DNA of 32,000 nucleotides from Zygophlyctis sp. KS116 (taxonomy: Eukaryota > Fungi > Chytridiomycota), in NCBI GenBank assembly GCA_054661495.1, contig BAAFSQ010000090.1, positions 1 through 32,000 of the forward strand. Direction: 5' to 3'. Below are positions 6,903 through 22,924 of this stretch, piece by piece; positions within the stretch are counted from its first letter, which is position 1, and the number at the start of each line of letters is the position of its first letter. Below the pieces are notes generated by a model. It was not told the origin of the DNA. It made no database searches and was given only the letters and a program-made list of their open reading frames with translations. The translations under genes and the position numbers were made by a program.

Positions 6903-9097
6903 CTATGGATCCCCTTCTGAGAGATTCTCATTAGATGATATATCTTCTGTTAGATCTTCCGTTTCCTGATCCTCCAATATAGTAGAATTACCAAATCTTA
7001 AGGGACTTTCCATAGATACAGTCGAGGCCTCCTCTTTAATCGCTGCTTTCTTTTCCTGTTCTTGTTGTCTTAACCTCTGTTCGGCAACTGCCCTTATTGC
7101 TGCAGTCATTTGAGGATGATGAAGTAAAACCACATCAAGCTGTTTTTTCGACAAAGAATATAAAACACATGGGGTGAGACACTTGATAGATGCAGTTCTC
7201 TTCATTGTGCCGAATAACAAAGAAATTTCTAAATATCAGCCACTAAAATGTACCTCCAAAAAATGACCCCGATGCAAGAGTTGCTTTTACATCACCATTT
7301 ATACTTACTTCACATATACCGCTAGAAATAAAATACATTTCATCCCCTGTAGAACCAGCCTCTATCACCATATCTGCTGCTAGAAAGTGATTAAGCTCCA
7401 AACATAAAACCAGCTGAGAAATAAAAGAATTATCTGCGTCTCTAAAAAAGGGGACTTTTAAAATCAGACTTTTACAGTTATTTAATTGAATAGCCTAAAA
7501 AATAAGGTTTTTCTTATTACCTGTCTGAGTGGATTGTTTAATTCCGTCATGATACGTTTTTCATCAAAAAACTTTCCACCAGAGTATTTGTACTGATAAT
7601 ACTCAAGAATTCGATTCCTGAGATTCCAATCAAGTCCTTTGTACGAAATATATTGACTAACTTCATCCATTTTTTCTTGAAATATACGACCCGAACTTTA
7701 AATATTAGACTTTATCATCAAAATACCTGTCCAAACCAATCATAAAACTCGATATATTACCAACTAAAGTAGCAACTAAATAAGCACTTATGAGAAAATT
7801 GAGAATTGTGAGCCACCTTTCAACCATAGTTCCCGGTGGATGAGCACCAAATCTATTTTTTAACACAATCTATTTACCCTGCAGCCAGCATTTCTGCAGC
7901 AGAATGATAGAAAAATAGAGTATATCTATCATGAACTGCATATTCGCTGCTGTAATGATCATCAATTACTTGAGCTACCAAATTATGAATACAAGCAGAC
8001 CAATGCCAATATATTATCATAATCAATAGAATCTTAATTATAAAAAATATTTATCTTACTTTAACAATCCCCATTGTTGATGCGTTGATTTTTGTTTTCA
8101 TTCTGATTTTTTTCAAAAATGATTTATACCAAAATGGTTCCGGACCATTAATTAGCCTTAGAATTCTAAACCCATTTAACACACATATATATCTTAGTTC
8201 TTGGTTTAAAATCTGATTTGATGCTATAGGGCAAGCTGCATCAATAACAAATACATAAGGAAAAGTAGTAATTAAGTCCAAGTAAAAATTGTTACTTTTC
8301 AAATATGAATCCAAAATTGAATCTGGATCCATTATTGTGACCATATTCTTTTGTATACCTGTTCGGCATGAAATACACATTGATATGAAAAATATGATTG
8401 AAGTAAGTATCGTTAAATAAGGAAGCCCATTACTAAACTCGCTAAATCCCAACAATACAGGCAGAGTGAAAAACTGTATGATAATCACTATGGATTCTAG
8501 AGCGTCCCATTGTTTTTTGAATTCGGACATTGGGTGGATTACAAATGTTGCTGAAAACGTATCATTAATACCATTAATTGCCAACTGAGACTGGGAGGAT
8601 GCTGGTCCATCTACGTCACCCTGAACTCCTTTCCTAAAATAATCGGACCTCAGAATTCGATCCCATCTGGTTTGTCGCATAAAAGAGTTGAATGGAAATG
8701 ATTGCTGAAATTGAGTATTTGATGATAGAGGTATTTTTGACTCATCTTGATCGATGCAAACTGATCGTTCAATAGGATCTGCAGCGGATGCTGGATATGT
8801 CTTGGATTTATCGAGTGATTCTGACTTCCGTTTCATTCCAAATAATAATGTCTGGCCAGAAATTGAAACTAATGTTGAATTTAATGATTGATTACATCTT
8901 TTAGCAAAGCTCTGTCTCGATGATTGACCTGGATTGCTATTCATAGCTTCTGATGTCTGCATTACTAAAATACTTCTTGCAAAATTCATGGTCTCTTTTA
9001 CATCGCCTCGAATGTTCGATATGGCGGATTCTTCCTTCATCAACCTTTCTTCTATCTTCTGTAGCCGCTCCACTATAGTAGCCAAATCAATACTCAT
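6903..9097 (-). CDS. HCN/CNG-family cyclic-nucleotide-binding 6-TM cation channel (6 exons)
   Basis: IHPMSEFKKQWD (pre-S1), FYLDLITTFP (S3), FRILRL (S4), HWSAC (S5); spliced pore SAAEMLAAGFGAHPP (intron 7853-7877). HCN-like C-linker LDSSGRIFQEKMDEVSQY...KFFDEKRIMTELNNPLR. CNBD EMYFISSG...GSFFGEISLL...KRTASI. Confidence 0.9.
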
Positions 9098-9168
9098 TAA
9101 TCAATACTCACAATTATATTTAAATGCCGAATGACATATACTTCAGGATCATATGTCCGAAAACGTCA

Positions 9169-12100
9169 TCATTGATCCTCATCAAAATCAACGTACTCAA
9201 ATGATGGTCGAGGTATGCTAGATACAGCAGTATATCTGTATGATGTAGGACGCAGCCTATGGCTGATTTCCTCCTTTACAGATACTAACTTATCACATAT
9301 CCAGAAAAACACTCCAGATACGGTTTCCTTGATAGTGTTGGAAAATTGTCTAAATTGGAAACTCCGGGAGGAGAATTCATCCATCGGCAATCTTATTCTA
9401 CCCATTCCATTTGATTTATAATATCTTGACCCCAAAAAGAATAGGATTGCTAATCCGAAAATAGATAGGAGCATTTGAAAAATGATTGATTTTGAATTTT
9501 GGGTTCCTAATTTTGTAAAATTAAAAAAGAATACCACAAGAAATCATTACAGCCTCATAATCTTCTTCTAATCCACTTTGACATTTACTTAAAGCTTTTT
9601 TCTTATACCCTTTTGAATATCTCTTGTAACCGTTTACACAAAGAGGCTCTGCCTTTATGTCCCTTCCTTTGAAAAAGCAATCACTATTTTGGCCCAGCTC
9701 ATAGTCATAATCACATTCAAAATCGTTTCTTGTACATTCACAAGGCGAAAAATTCGCTTTCGGAATTGGTGATTCACCAACGGGAGAGCAGTCTCTATCA
9801 GATTTCCTACGAAAATACTCGGACTAATTATCAGATATAAGCATTAAAAAACCTTTTGGCCCAAATTACAAGTCCCATTCAGGTAATCCCATGATTCGTA
9901 ATCGCTCTTAGTCTTGTCTTCATTATCCTGGCACTGGCGAGGCCATACAGAGGAAAAGTCCAAATGGACAGCAGTAAATTTACCATCCATTGTGCCACCA
10001 TGAATGCTTCCAAGGACAATAAAATGGGATGAAATTCCAGACGGATCACTCAATATGTTGGTGGCAAGCAGGCGACCACCGGCAATTTTATGATCAATAG
10101 CCAAGTCTCGTAAATCCACACCTTGATTAATGGAATATCTAGTATATAAATTATAATAAAAAACCTAATTGAAGCACTGGGATCTAAATCATTCGCAAGG
10201 ATAAATACAGCTCCTGATTCAGAAATCTCATACATATAAGCCTGATCTGTAATTTCGCTCCACGTTATTCCAGCATCCCTACTTAAATACATCTTACTAT
10301 CATTTTGAACTTTTAAATATTTCCCAACATTGCCCACACCCAGAAGCATCCCAGATGCAGTTGTTATTGAATATTGATCACGTTTATCATTCCTATCTGT
10401 ATATGCATGCAAATTCAGTGAACAATCTGTACATTCGTAGTCTACACCTTTAGAATCGCGTTTCGGGGGAATAAGAGATTTCCAAGTCAATCCTAAGATT
10501 AATCATCAATTTATACCATCATCATGGCTAATTTGAGTAACCAACTTTTGCATAGAATCCCCGTCGCTGCTACTCTCAATCAGCTTATTTACTAAAAAGG
10601 CTCCATTTAATCCATTTATCCTTTCAAAGTCAACAAATCCTCTCCCATCATGATGCACTCGATCTAGCACATGGCCGAATACTGTGCCATTCCAATTGCT
10701 TCTAAATAGTGAGCCATAATCCTGAAATTTATTAGTGAGAAGTTCTAAAAATATGCTTCCCGTGGAGCCCTGTAATATTGTATAACCAAAAGAGGATGAT
10801 ACTTCAACGCCCTTTGGAAAGATAGCTTCCGCCCATTCCAATCCATCTAGAGTAACCAAAAGTTTAGATGCCGTCTAAAGACATGAATGAGAAAAAACTT
10901 ACGTTTATCGCCAACATGAATTTATCAAAGATTGCAAATTCAGAAGCCATGAATATTTCAAATAATGTTTTCGGATCGTTAGGATCATCCAAACGGACTA
11001 AAGTCTTGTCCTTAGATGTGGAAGAGTATCTCGGGTCGTCCAGTGCGGGAATATTTAGACAGAAAATGCTTCTTTTTTCATGAGAAATAAATCTTCCTTG
11101 GTATCCCCAAAAACATTTTAGAGAATTTTTTAATGTCGATGTCCATGATTTGCCTGCATTCCATGATACAAAGGTCACCGTTTGACAGCCATTTTCAGAT
11201 TTCATGCAATTGATTGCCCCTATAAGTAACAACCAATCCTGTTCTAGTGCATGGGTAGATATGGGTTGAGCCGTTATAGTCAAATCAATTACTATCGGAA
11301 TCATGATTTCAATATAAGTTTCTCCTGAATCGTTAGTAACGTATAAAATTCTTCTATCTGTAACGACAAAAGCTCGATTATTCCTATTTGTATCCATAAC
11401 CAAAGATATAATATTTTCTGTAGGAAATAGCTTTTTCCAATTTGAACCATTATCTTTTGACTGATATAAACCACCTGAAGTTCTTATTAATAAATTTGAA
11501 GATTTATTAAATCGGTAAAACTCTGTCATAGATTCATTGAAAAAACTTGTATCAACTTTGACTTCCCCTACTTTCATATTAGTTCCACACATTCTATCAA
11601 TTTTTTGAGTCAAATCCTCGCCATTTTCGCACTCAGAAAGAGAAACTCGACGATATCCGGAGGAGCCTTGGTACATGTTTCCCATCTTACAATCTTTGGG
11701 CTCTAAAATGTCTTTACCTACCAGTGAGCAGGCACCATCGAATGAGCGAAGAAACCCATAATCACTAGAATTAAAAAAACATGGTTACCATTCATAGTCA
11801 ATCTTAGAACAGGAACATTTCTTTGATTTCGAAGAAATAAATGGGTCATAGTCCTGTCCAAAGTAACAAGGGGAGTCTGATTTTCTTTGAAGTAGAGTTC
11901 TTTTTGCTCCCAGCAGGCATTCGTCCTTTCCACCATTAGGCGACCATGATATCAAATGTGTTTCTTTGGAGCATTTTTGCTTTAAAACATCTTTGAAGTC
12001 AATGCTGAATATTCTAGAAGACGACGGATTATTCCAATCAGTACCAACCAGAAACAAATTTAGAGAATCGGAATTTAAAGAGGATTCTATATGATCAATC

Positions 12101-15100
12101 ATAAAAAGTTTTTCAGTAAATTGAAATTGAGTAAATGTTTTCCCAAAATCAAATGTGAAAATTAATTTGTTGGTAACTTTCTCTTCCGTAAAAGCAATAA
12201 TGTTCCCATAGTCTGCCACCGCCCATCGATATGTTCCATTTAATACTTCAGACCAATGAAGCCCACCATCGCGAGAAATGTATATGTTGGAATTTGCAAA
12301 GTCACCTAAATAGTCTCCTACATTACCAGAAGCAATTAACAATCCTGGGCATCGTTTTGGAGAAAAGGGTCCTCTTCTTGACATGATTCCGACACGTGAG
12401 TGGAGATGAAGGTTACATCCATCTCTTTGATTGCATTCATAAGGTTTTCCATTTTGGTCAAGTTCAGGCGGAGATATCTTTCTCCAAGTTGACCCATCGT
12501 CAAATGATATAACTGAACGGGTCTTGCGATGTTGGAGAGCTGCGTTTGGATTTATTACGTTGTTGGCAAAAATAATCCCTGAAATACCGTCTACTTTGTC
12601 AAAATCAACTATATTTTCAGAATAGAATCAATCACCTTTTCCCTCTAAATTTCTGGAACTGTCGCCCAAAATCTTAGAAAAATAATTCCCGTCTTGGTTC
12701 GATTTATAAAGAGCACCAGAGATACCATAACCCATCTGTGAAGACATCTTTGAAACATCAACGAACAAACCATTTTCATTTCCCGAAAGAAGAGTAAATA
12801 TCTAAATGAGTCAATTACCAAATCAAACATACATTTTGCTCCTGAAGAGCTTCTGGTGGAAATTCTGCTTTCTTTAAAGATAGTCCATCCGATGATACGA
12901 AGAGAACAGAGCTTGATATTTCTTTAGCCGCCACAACTAAGACGTTTGATACTACGTAGAATCCTAGAGCGCCCCGTTCAAGCAGCCGATTTCTTTTAAG
13001 GCCTTGATCGGTTATTAGAACAAACTCCATTTCATTAGCGATGCTTTCAGCATCATCATAATTATTTCTTAGTTTGTCTTGAGATAATTTACCATTTTTA
13101 TTGATGAAGCTTAGACAGAATATAGAGTCCAGGTCCAAATCTCCATTTTTAAAATTACTATCTCTAGCCCAAACACATTTTTCTGCCCATGTTTCAATTT
13201 GCTTCCAGTTCTCACCGTTATCTTTTGTGAAATGAATTGTAGTGTAACAAATCGGAGACGAAACACAGTCCAAAGGGCTTGAGGCGAATATGTACCAATC
13301 TTTCTCCGTTGGATGAAGGTCAAGAATAGGAACATCTATAGAATTCGGCGCAGATGGCAATTTCAATGAATATGCTGCATCAGAAACAGTAATATCATCA
13401 ATAATCCAAATTTCTGACTTTGAAAAAAAGTAGATTCTTGAAGATATAACTTCACTCGCACCAACTTTATATATAGATGTGTCTTTTAGGGTAATTACAG
13501 AGTAGAAATCGAAACCACTCTTTACAGATTTGAATACAGATCCAGTGCGAGTAATAATGAGCACCACCGTTGAATTTTCTACGTAAAATATTTGCTCCAC
13601 CATGGAATCAAAAACTAAAGATATTGCTCTGGGAGCATCCTGAGAAGGAGGACTGGGAAAGTTTGGAGAATCTCCAACGCATTCACGTGTGACATTTTCC
13701 AATAAGTTCATTCCGCCTTGACATTTGTTTCCTGGCACTTTCCGGTATCCTGAACTGCCCATGTAAGATTTTCCGGGCTTACAATCTAAAGGTTGATCAA
13801 CGAATTCTTTTTGCGGGACACACTCCAGTTCCTTTGTCTTCCCAGACCCGGAAAAACCAGCGTCACATTGATAATCATTTTTGGTACATTCACAAGTTGA
13901 GACTTGGGTTTCCGGAAGGTTAAAGTTTGGATCAATATAGCAGTCTGCGTCGGGTTTTCTTCTGTAGAATGTTAAATACTGACCCAGCAAACAGTTGTGT
14001 TCCTCATTTGATGGGGACCATTTTTCAAAATCATATGAATTGAGAGGATCGATAGAATCACATTGGCGCAATATAGATTGTGAAAGATCTACTTGTACAA
14101 TCCAACCACTCGAAAGATCGTCTGGAGATATCGCTACAAGAAGGAATTTGAGATACTTAGAATCAGGATCAAGTAAAGTAATCCAAGGAATCCATTTTTT
14201 TTCTTCGAGAAGAACATATGTTCTGTCCCAGGAAGACCCATAGTCTTGAGAATACAAAAAATGATCTTGCGGTGCTGCACCATCAGGTATAAGAATAATA
14301 ATAGATCCTGATGCCACCGTTTCGTATTTATATGGCCCTTTAGCAATCATTCCCCATGTACGACCAGCGTCAATCGAGAGAAACGTGTCACATTGCTCAT
14401 AAGGCTTTAAATACTCACCAACTGAACCAACCCCTATAATTAGACCAGGTGCAGATGTTGTAGAGAAAACTTTTCCGAGATTATGCGGATGAGTTACTGA
14501 ATGCAAGTGCAGATTGCAAAGACCTTCACAAGAAATCCTGTTTTGATTAAAATCTACAATAGGAGGTTGTAAATCATTCCACGATCTTCCGTGATCAAAT
14601 GATAACTTTGATACAAGCTGCTTGTCTTCTTCTGTGAATGAATCTTTCTGAATAATTTCATCATAATTCTTTACAACATTTGCCAAAAGTATTCCTTTAT
14701 AACTATAAGATTGAATTGTTTCAAAATCAACCAAATAATTTGAAGCATGATTTGTGTGATCTAAAGAAGGAGTGAATATCACCCCTTGATCATCTGAAAA
14801 ATATAATGTTCCAAAAGGAGGTATCAAGGAAGATTTGTTAGAAGCTAAAATATCAACAGTCAAAGAAAATGAAGAAGAGTCTAAAACCGTAAATCCACTT
14901 TGTAAATCTCCTGCTCCAGGAAACCTAGCTTCATTAAATTCACCTCCATTTTTAGAAACATAAAGCTTATTCCCATTAGATGACAAAGGTTTCTTTAATA
15001 AATTTGAAAGAAAACTTACCACAGCAGCTAAAATGAATCCATTAACATATTTCAATCCAACCACTCCCCCTCCTAGATCATGCTGCTTCTTGCTTGTAAA

Positions 15101-15819
15101 AAATGTCTTGGAGGAAACCAACTGTAATCCCTTTGAGTTCAGGTCACCATACTGACTTGCATCTACCCACTTTGTACAATATATATGATCCCCAGGCTCT
15201 AAATCCCAAACACACGAATTAACTAGAGACAACAACAAATCAAAAGTTTTTAAACCATCCAAAGTGTAATACATACTATCATAGCACAAATCATTAACAC
15301 AAGAGTTTCCTTTAACCAAAAACTTTTCAGGATCAGAAGTAAACTCTACTCCAGTCACTAAATTCTTATTTGGCAAAGAAAACCCATCCCAGGATTTACC
15401 CCCATCAGTGCTTTTATAGTTATTACCATCTGCTCCAATCACCACAGCCTAAAATAAGAGGATATTATTTACAGTATCAATATCAAAAGGATGATGTATC
15501 AAATCCTTAAAATTGGACGTTGGCAGTTGAACAGTTTCCCATGATGAGCCCTGATTAGAAGATCGCATTATAACATTATCTTGACGAAATAGTAATATAC
15601 TCTACTGATTAGAAAATAATTAAAACTTGCATTTTTAAGATAGAATATAGATTTTGGAATAGATTCTAATTTAGTAACAGCGAGCAAAACTCCCCCGTTC
15701 TGCGCAGGCCTTTGAATAGTATTAAAAAGAATCCCAAAGACCAGTAAAATAGATACCAAACCAATGAATAATAATCTCTTGAGGCTATTTTTCATATCCA
15801 AACAGTTTCTATTTGACAT
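9169..15819 (-). CDS. VPS10: Vps10/sortilin vacuolar sorting receptor with three Vps10 modules (multi-exon)
   Basis: N-terminal hydrophobic segment; many Asp-boxes (SxDGGxxW); three C..CxLxLH and GxxxxxGxVGxYL sets; three Cys-rich 10CC ends (SSGYRKVPGNKC, SSGYRRVSLSEC, SKGYKKKALSKC); C-terminal TM and tail GRIRLP...YRYTAV...FEYVDFDED. Confidence 0.92.
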
Positions 15820-16127
15820 TTTAGGGTTTTAAGTGTTACAACTACTGAAGCTGATTTAGAATTATCATGTAGATTTCTTGATTAAAGCATAATCTCTCTT
15901 GAATTTTAATGTATCATGATTAATGCATTTTCATCATTTTTGATTTTTTCCATGTCCGAATATTATGATGATTGATCAGGGAAAATTCCAGACAATAAAG
16001 ATAATGACAATGCAATCGATTGTAATTATATCAGTAATTGAATATGATTTAATCTATTTCAGCTACGAAATCACAAAAAGTAAACATCGGCGTTACATTC
16101 GGACATCTTCTTACGAAATTAAAGAAT

Positions 16128-16927
16128 ATGAATGCGACAAAAACAAAGGTTCAGTTGAAATTGGCGTTAAATAGGCTCAAACTATCACAGCAGAAACAAA
16201 CTTCTCTTATTGCAATCGCCAGACAGGAAATAGCCCAATTATTAAGAGTTGGGAAAGTAGACTCGGCACGTATTAGAGTTGAAATGGTCATTAGACAAGA
16301 CTTGATGGTAGAAGCAATGGAATTATTAGAATTATATACGGAAACTCTACTTGCTAGATTTCCTCTCTTAGAATCTATGAGGAATTGCGATCCTTGTCTG
16401 GTAGAATCTGTAAACTCACTTATATATGGCGCTCCAAGGGTAGATATTCCAGAACTACTTCAAGTAATTTATAAATTCTAAATTTAGGTTAGAGATCAAC
16501 TAATTTATAAATTCGGAAAGGAATTTGGACAGGCAGCAATGGATAATTTAAATGATATCGTAAATCCAAAGGTATTAACTAGTTTATTTAATTTAAGTTG
16601 ATTCAGAAACTTAAAATTGCTTCACCAGAAACTTTCTTGGTAAATCAGTATTTACTGGAAATAGCAAAAGCGTATAAAGTGGATTGGACAATAGAAGGAT
16701 CGGCGCCAAAATATGAATCACAAGTGGCATTACCATTGGGGTATCAGTCGAATTCCTCATTACCTTGTAAAGAATGCGCAGGCCTTCCAATGCAAGAGTC
16801 AACGAATGAAAAAAACGAATCTCTAGAGTTTCAAACAACATTTCCTACAATTCCCTCACCTCAGACTCATGATCCGGATTTTGATGAATTAGAAAAGAGA
16901 TTTGAAGCTCTCAAAAAGAAGAAATAA
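16128..16927 (+). CDS. IST1: ESCRT-III-associated IST1
   Basis: KVQLKLALNRLK, ARIRVE, MELLELY, IYGAPRVDIPEL; introns 16464-16487 and 16572-16597; C-terminal MIM1 DFDELEKRFEALKK. Confidence 0.95.
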
Positions 16928-16938
16928 AATTCAATTTC

Positions 16939-18859
<1,921 letters not shown>

Positions 18860-18926
18860 TTTACAATCCCCTGACTCTCGCCACACTCTCAAATAGTCAA
18901 CATTCACCTGACTCTACTCACTGATT

Positions 18927-21900
18927 ATGACCAACCAATTGCCGCTAATAGACTTATCAGATATACTACTGCCGCATGATGATTTATTAAAAATAAATGA
19001 TGATATTCTTAAAGATTGTATCGGTAAACTATCTAGTCTCTTGGAAAGAGATGATTTAGATCAAGAAACTCTTGTAAAGATTAAATATGAAAGAGAATTA
19101 TATTCCAAATTTACTATAGAAAATTGTATTTTTTATTAATTTTTAAAGAATAATAGCTCATGCTCTGAAACTTGAAAATGTATTAGCGTCTATTTCTTTG
19201 GATGAATGTAATTTTGGAATCGGTCACTCAAATTATGAAACTTATTCTGAAATTGGAAAAGAGGCAATTGAAATTGTTGGATCGCAAGGTTTAGAGCGTG
19301 ATTTGTCTCGGATGGAGTCCGAATCTAAAACTAAATCTAATAGTTTTTTACTATCATGCAGAATTATGAAAAGTTTGTCTAGTCAAGTATTCAAGGAATT
19401 GATTTCAAGGTTTGGATCTCCTACTGTATTAAAGGTTTGTTCAAAGTTTATTATTGTTGGGACAATGTCTTGTGCAATTCTTGTTTTTGATTCATGTCAA
19501 AAATTGATTGGGATTTTAGATCCGCCGTTAAGTAAAATAACAAGAAATAATTATATAGAATTTGCTGTAACTGCGCTAGGAATATCTTTCTCTCAAAAAC
19601 TAATTGTGTCGGGGCATGAGTCTGGACATATCTTTATTTGGGATTTACAAAAGAAATTAGTTTTAAAAGCTATTCCTTCAATACCATCAGATAGATTTCA
19701 AGAGGCTGTAGATGGACATTTGTCTAATAGTTCAATCATTCATTTAACGTTTTTGGGTCAAAAAGATAGGTTTATCTCTGCTGATGATTCGGTATTCTAT
19801 TTTAAACAGTAATTAAAAGGGTTCTGCATTTTATCATGAGTTTAATCAATCAATATTGATGTATTCAATCAATTCAACTCGTATACATAATCATCCACGT
19901 GAAAATTCCATTTTTACTACAATCTATACTGTTAAAGGATTACCAGTGAGGTACAAAAACTCTGATGGAATGAGAATGGTGGCAATGACGACTCCTTACA
20001 AGGTTATAATTCTTTAATGTTAATTTTAGCTTGTTATTATGAATATGAAGCCTTCTCCTTGGATAGTTTTTAGATATTATTGGGCTGCAGATGGTCATAA
20101 TGAAACTAAAACTGTTTCTTGCGCTTGTATATCTTGGATGCCGATAAGTAAAGGTACATTCGCTTTGTGTTTAATTACAGGTGAGACCAAGATGCCTCAA
20201 TTGGCCGTGTCATTTGGACCAAGGATTATTATTTTTGATATTTCCTATAATCAAGATGCCATCGAGTCAGATTTACAATCTAAAATTTCTATTGGTATCT
20301 GTAAAGAATGGTCAATTGACGAAAATATTGTTTATATGGAGTGGATTACTGGAAATGTAAGATTATATCTTTTTTATGATTAGTTGTTACTATGTTTAAC
20401 TAGCCAATCAAAAGTAGTTTTTTCAAGTGTCACACATGGTTTTTTTTTGTAATTTCATTTTTAGCTCTAAATTATAGAGAGCAGGCTTCTGTTGAAAGTC
20501 TATCATTAGCTTCAAGTAATTGTTTCGCGGATATTGCAACCAAGCTGGGTATACGATCAGAGAAATCAATTCATCAGAGTATTACCTTTTTTAAAGAAAA
20601 AGTATTCGTCTTGGTAAATTAAGCTAGAATAAATGTGCCTTAGGGAACGGAACAAGCAGCCATGGTTAGTTTAGCTTCTTGGAAGGATCGCTTGAACTTC
20701 TGGATGGATCGCGATGATTTTCCACAGGCTTTCAGAATGGCTGAAGCTTTCTATGATGGGACAATTACTTTTGCCGTAACAGATATTCCAGAAAATGGTC
20801 ATGAGAGATCAGAAAAAGTTGGCGCTTTTATTGACGAAATGATGACAAGATTTCTTAATACAACTTTAGACCCAGAAAAATTGAAGAAATATGCGCCTGC
20901 CGCTGATCTTGTAAATTTGCTGATTGGTATTTCCATAAAGGTTGGAAGAATTGATCTAATTTTTGGGATAATTTATAATTCTTTTTGTAAATTAGACCTT
21001 CTGGATTCATTTGTAAGTATTGACTAAATAACCTGAAGTTTTTTGCTCTTGAATCGCGAATATTATACGGAGATGTATTATCTATACAATCACCCTCAAT
21101 CATGTCTGAATTTATCATTTTCTTTGTCAATCAGCATGCATTTGATAGGCTAGAAGGAGTTCTAATCAAGCTTGAACTAATGAATTTAGATATTGATTAC
21201 ACTTTGTCAATATGTCGAAGTCATGGACTGTTAATTTCCTTGATCAGGATTTTCAACGTTTGCTTGAATGAATATGTAGCTCCGATTGATGAAATTATTA
21301 ACATATGCTTTAAAGAATCCCAGTACATGCCAAAAATTGGAATACTATTTGATTATTTGCAGTTTTCATTAACTAGGAAGAGCTTTCCTGATGGATCTTT
21401 TCTTAATGAAGAAGTAGGTGCTTCTATTGCTAAAGACTGTATATTGCATTTATTTTCTAATCAATCTCTGGAGATTACGAATGTAGGTGAAGAGAATCAG
21501 TTCCCTCTCTTGAAATTATTATTGCATATCAACTGTTATAAACTCCTTGTAATTTTTGAAATATGGTTGGATGATTTTTACCTTGATAATCAGGCCAATA
21601 TTCATAATATCAATTTACTAAGCCCCAATGGCATTCTGGATAAAAATCTGATAATTACAGCGTTTCTTTACCTTGGGGAAACAGTGGAAAACGCTCAAGA
21701 AGAATCAACAATCAACTTATTTGTTGCAAAGATGATTGTTAAATACTCTTTACATTTCAAGTTTGAAATCATCAGAAAGCTTGCCTTGGCACTGTCTATA
21801 TCATCTGACAAGGACTCATTTATATCACGACAGAATGCTGTCATTAGCCTCTTTACATTTTACGAATCGGATTTTATAAATCAAGATCTTGATTCCTACA

Positions 21901-22853
21901 TTGAAGTATACGCAAAAGTTAAATTCTGGAAAGTTTATGAATTTATTGGGAGAAAAATGCGAAGATTTGATCTGGTTTTATTAGGATTGGTCAATGATGA
22001 AACAAGGCGTGATAGTTTCAGAGAATCCCTTATATCACTGATAAACGATCCATTTTTATCTATTGAAGAACAAAAAACTCTAAAAGATTCCATTTATTCA
22101 AATATTGAAAATATAGTGAACCTCAGTATTGGAATTGGATTTACAATCAGCGAATTCTGGCCTTTTGATCATTCTCTTGTACTCGATCTATTAAGTCCTA
22201 AATCTAAATTACGGTATTTAGATGACTTATTTTCAGACTGTGAAATTAAGAAAGAATCTATCAATTCATACTTGATTGGACTTTATGACACCTGGTTAAT
22301 TTTACTCTGTGAATTAGAATCTTTTAGAGTAAAACCAGTCCTTACTCGTGGATTTCCATTTACAACCTTGAAAATCTTGAATGCATGTAAATCTAATCAT
22401 GTATATGATGGTACTTTATTTCTTTTAGAACAAGAAAATCAGTTTTCAGAAGCCTTAATCTACTTGAAGAATGAATTAAAGGAGAATGCCAACTCTCTTT
22501 TAGTCTCTGAAGCCATTGGATTTTACAAACGTAACAAGAATCAACTTTCCTCGAATGAAATCCAAGAATTTTACATGTGTATTTTCAATTCGATTACCCC
22601 AAATTCTAATTTCAACCTTGAATCACTCTTGGGTATCATGATTGGAGATTTATCATGCTTTAAAATCCTAATTAAATTGATTAAATCTACTCATCAGTCT
22701 GGTCAACTTGTTAAAATTCTAAATTCTCTATTATCTCTATTATCGTATGAATCAGAATCAACTCAAAATGTATTAGAAATTCTGGAGGAAGAATCAATGC
22801 ATGACCTTGAATCTTTAGTAAAGATTCGGCGTAAAGCAAGATTGTACATGTAA
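18927..22853 (+). CDS. VPS8: CORVET subunit Vps8 (WD40 + helical/CHCR region), multi-exon
   Basis: FGSPTVL...IIVGT, VSGHESGHIFIWDL, FISADD, SWKDRL, LDIDYTLSICRSHGL, EYVAPI. The 3' end is uncertain: an extra intron could extend it to a stop at 22922. Confidence 0.82.
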
Positions 22854-22924
22854 CTCATTATATATTTTACAAGACCCAATAATTTTATTGAAATTATCAT
22901 GCGATTTGCAACAGTTACATAAAA

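Noticed and set aside
15965-16174. 69-aa ORF or C/D snoRNA (ATGATGA at 15965) upstream of IST1
   Set aside because: No homology clue, overlaps the IST1 start out of frame, and no matching D box or terminal stem
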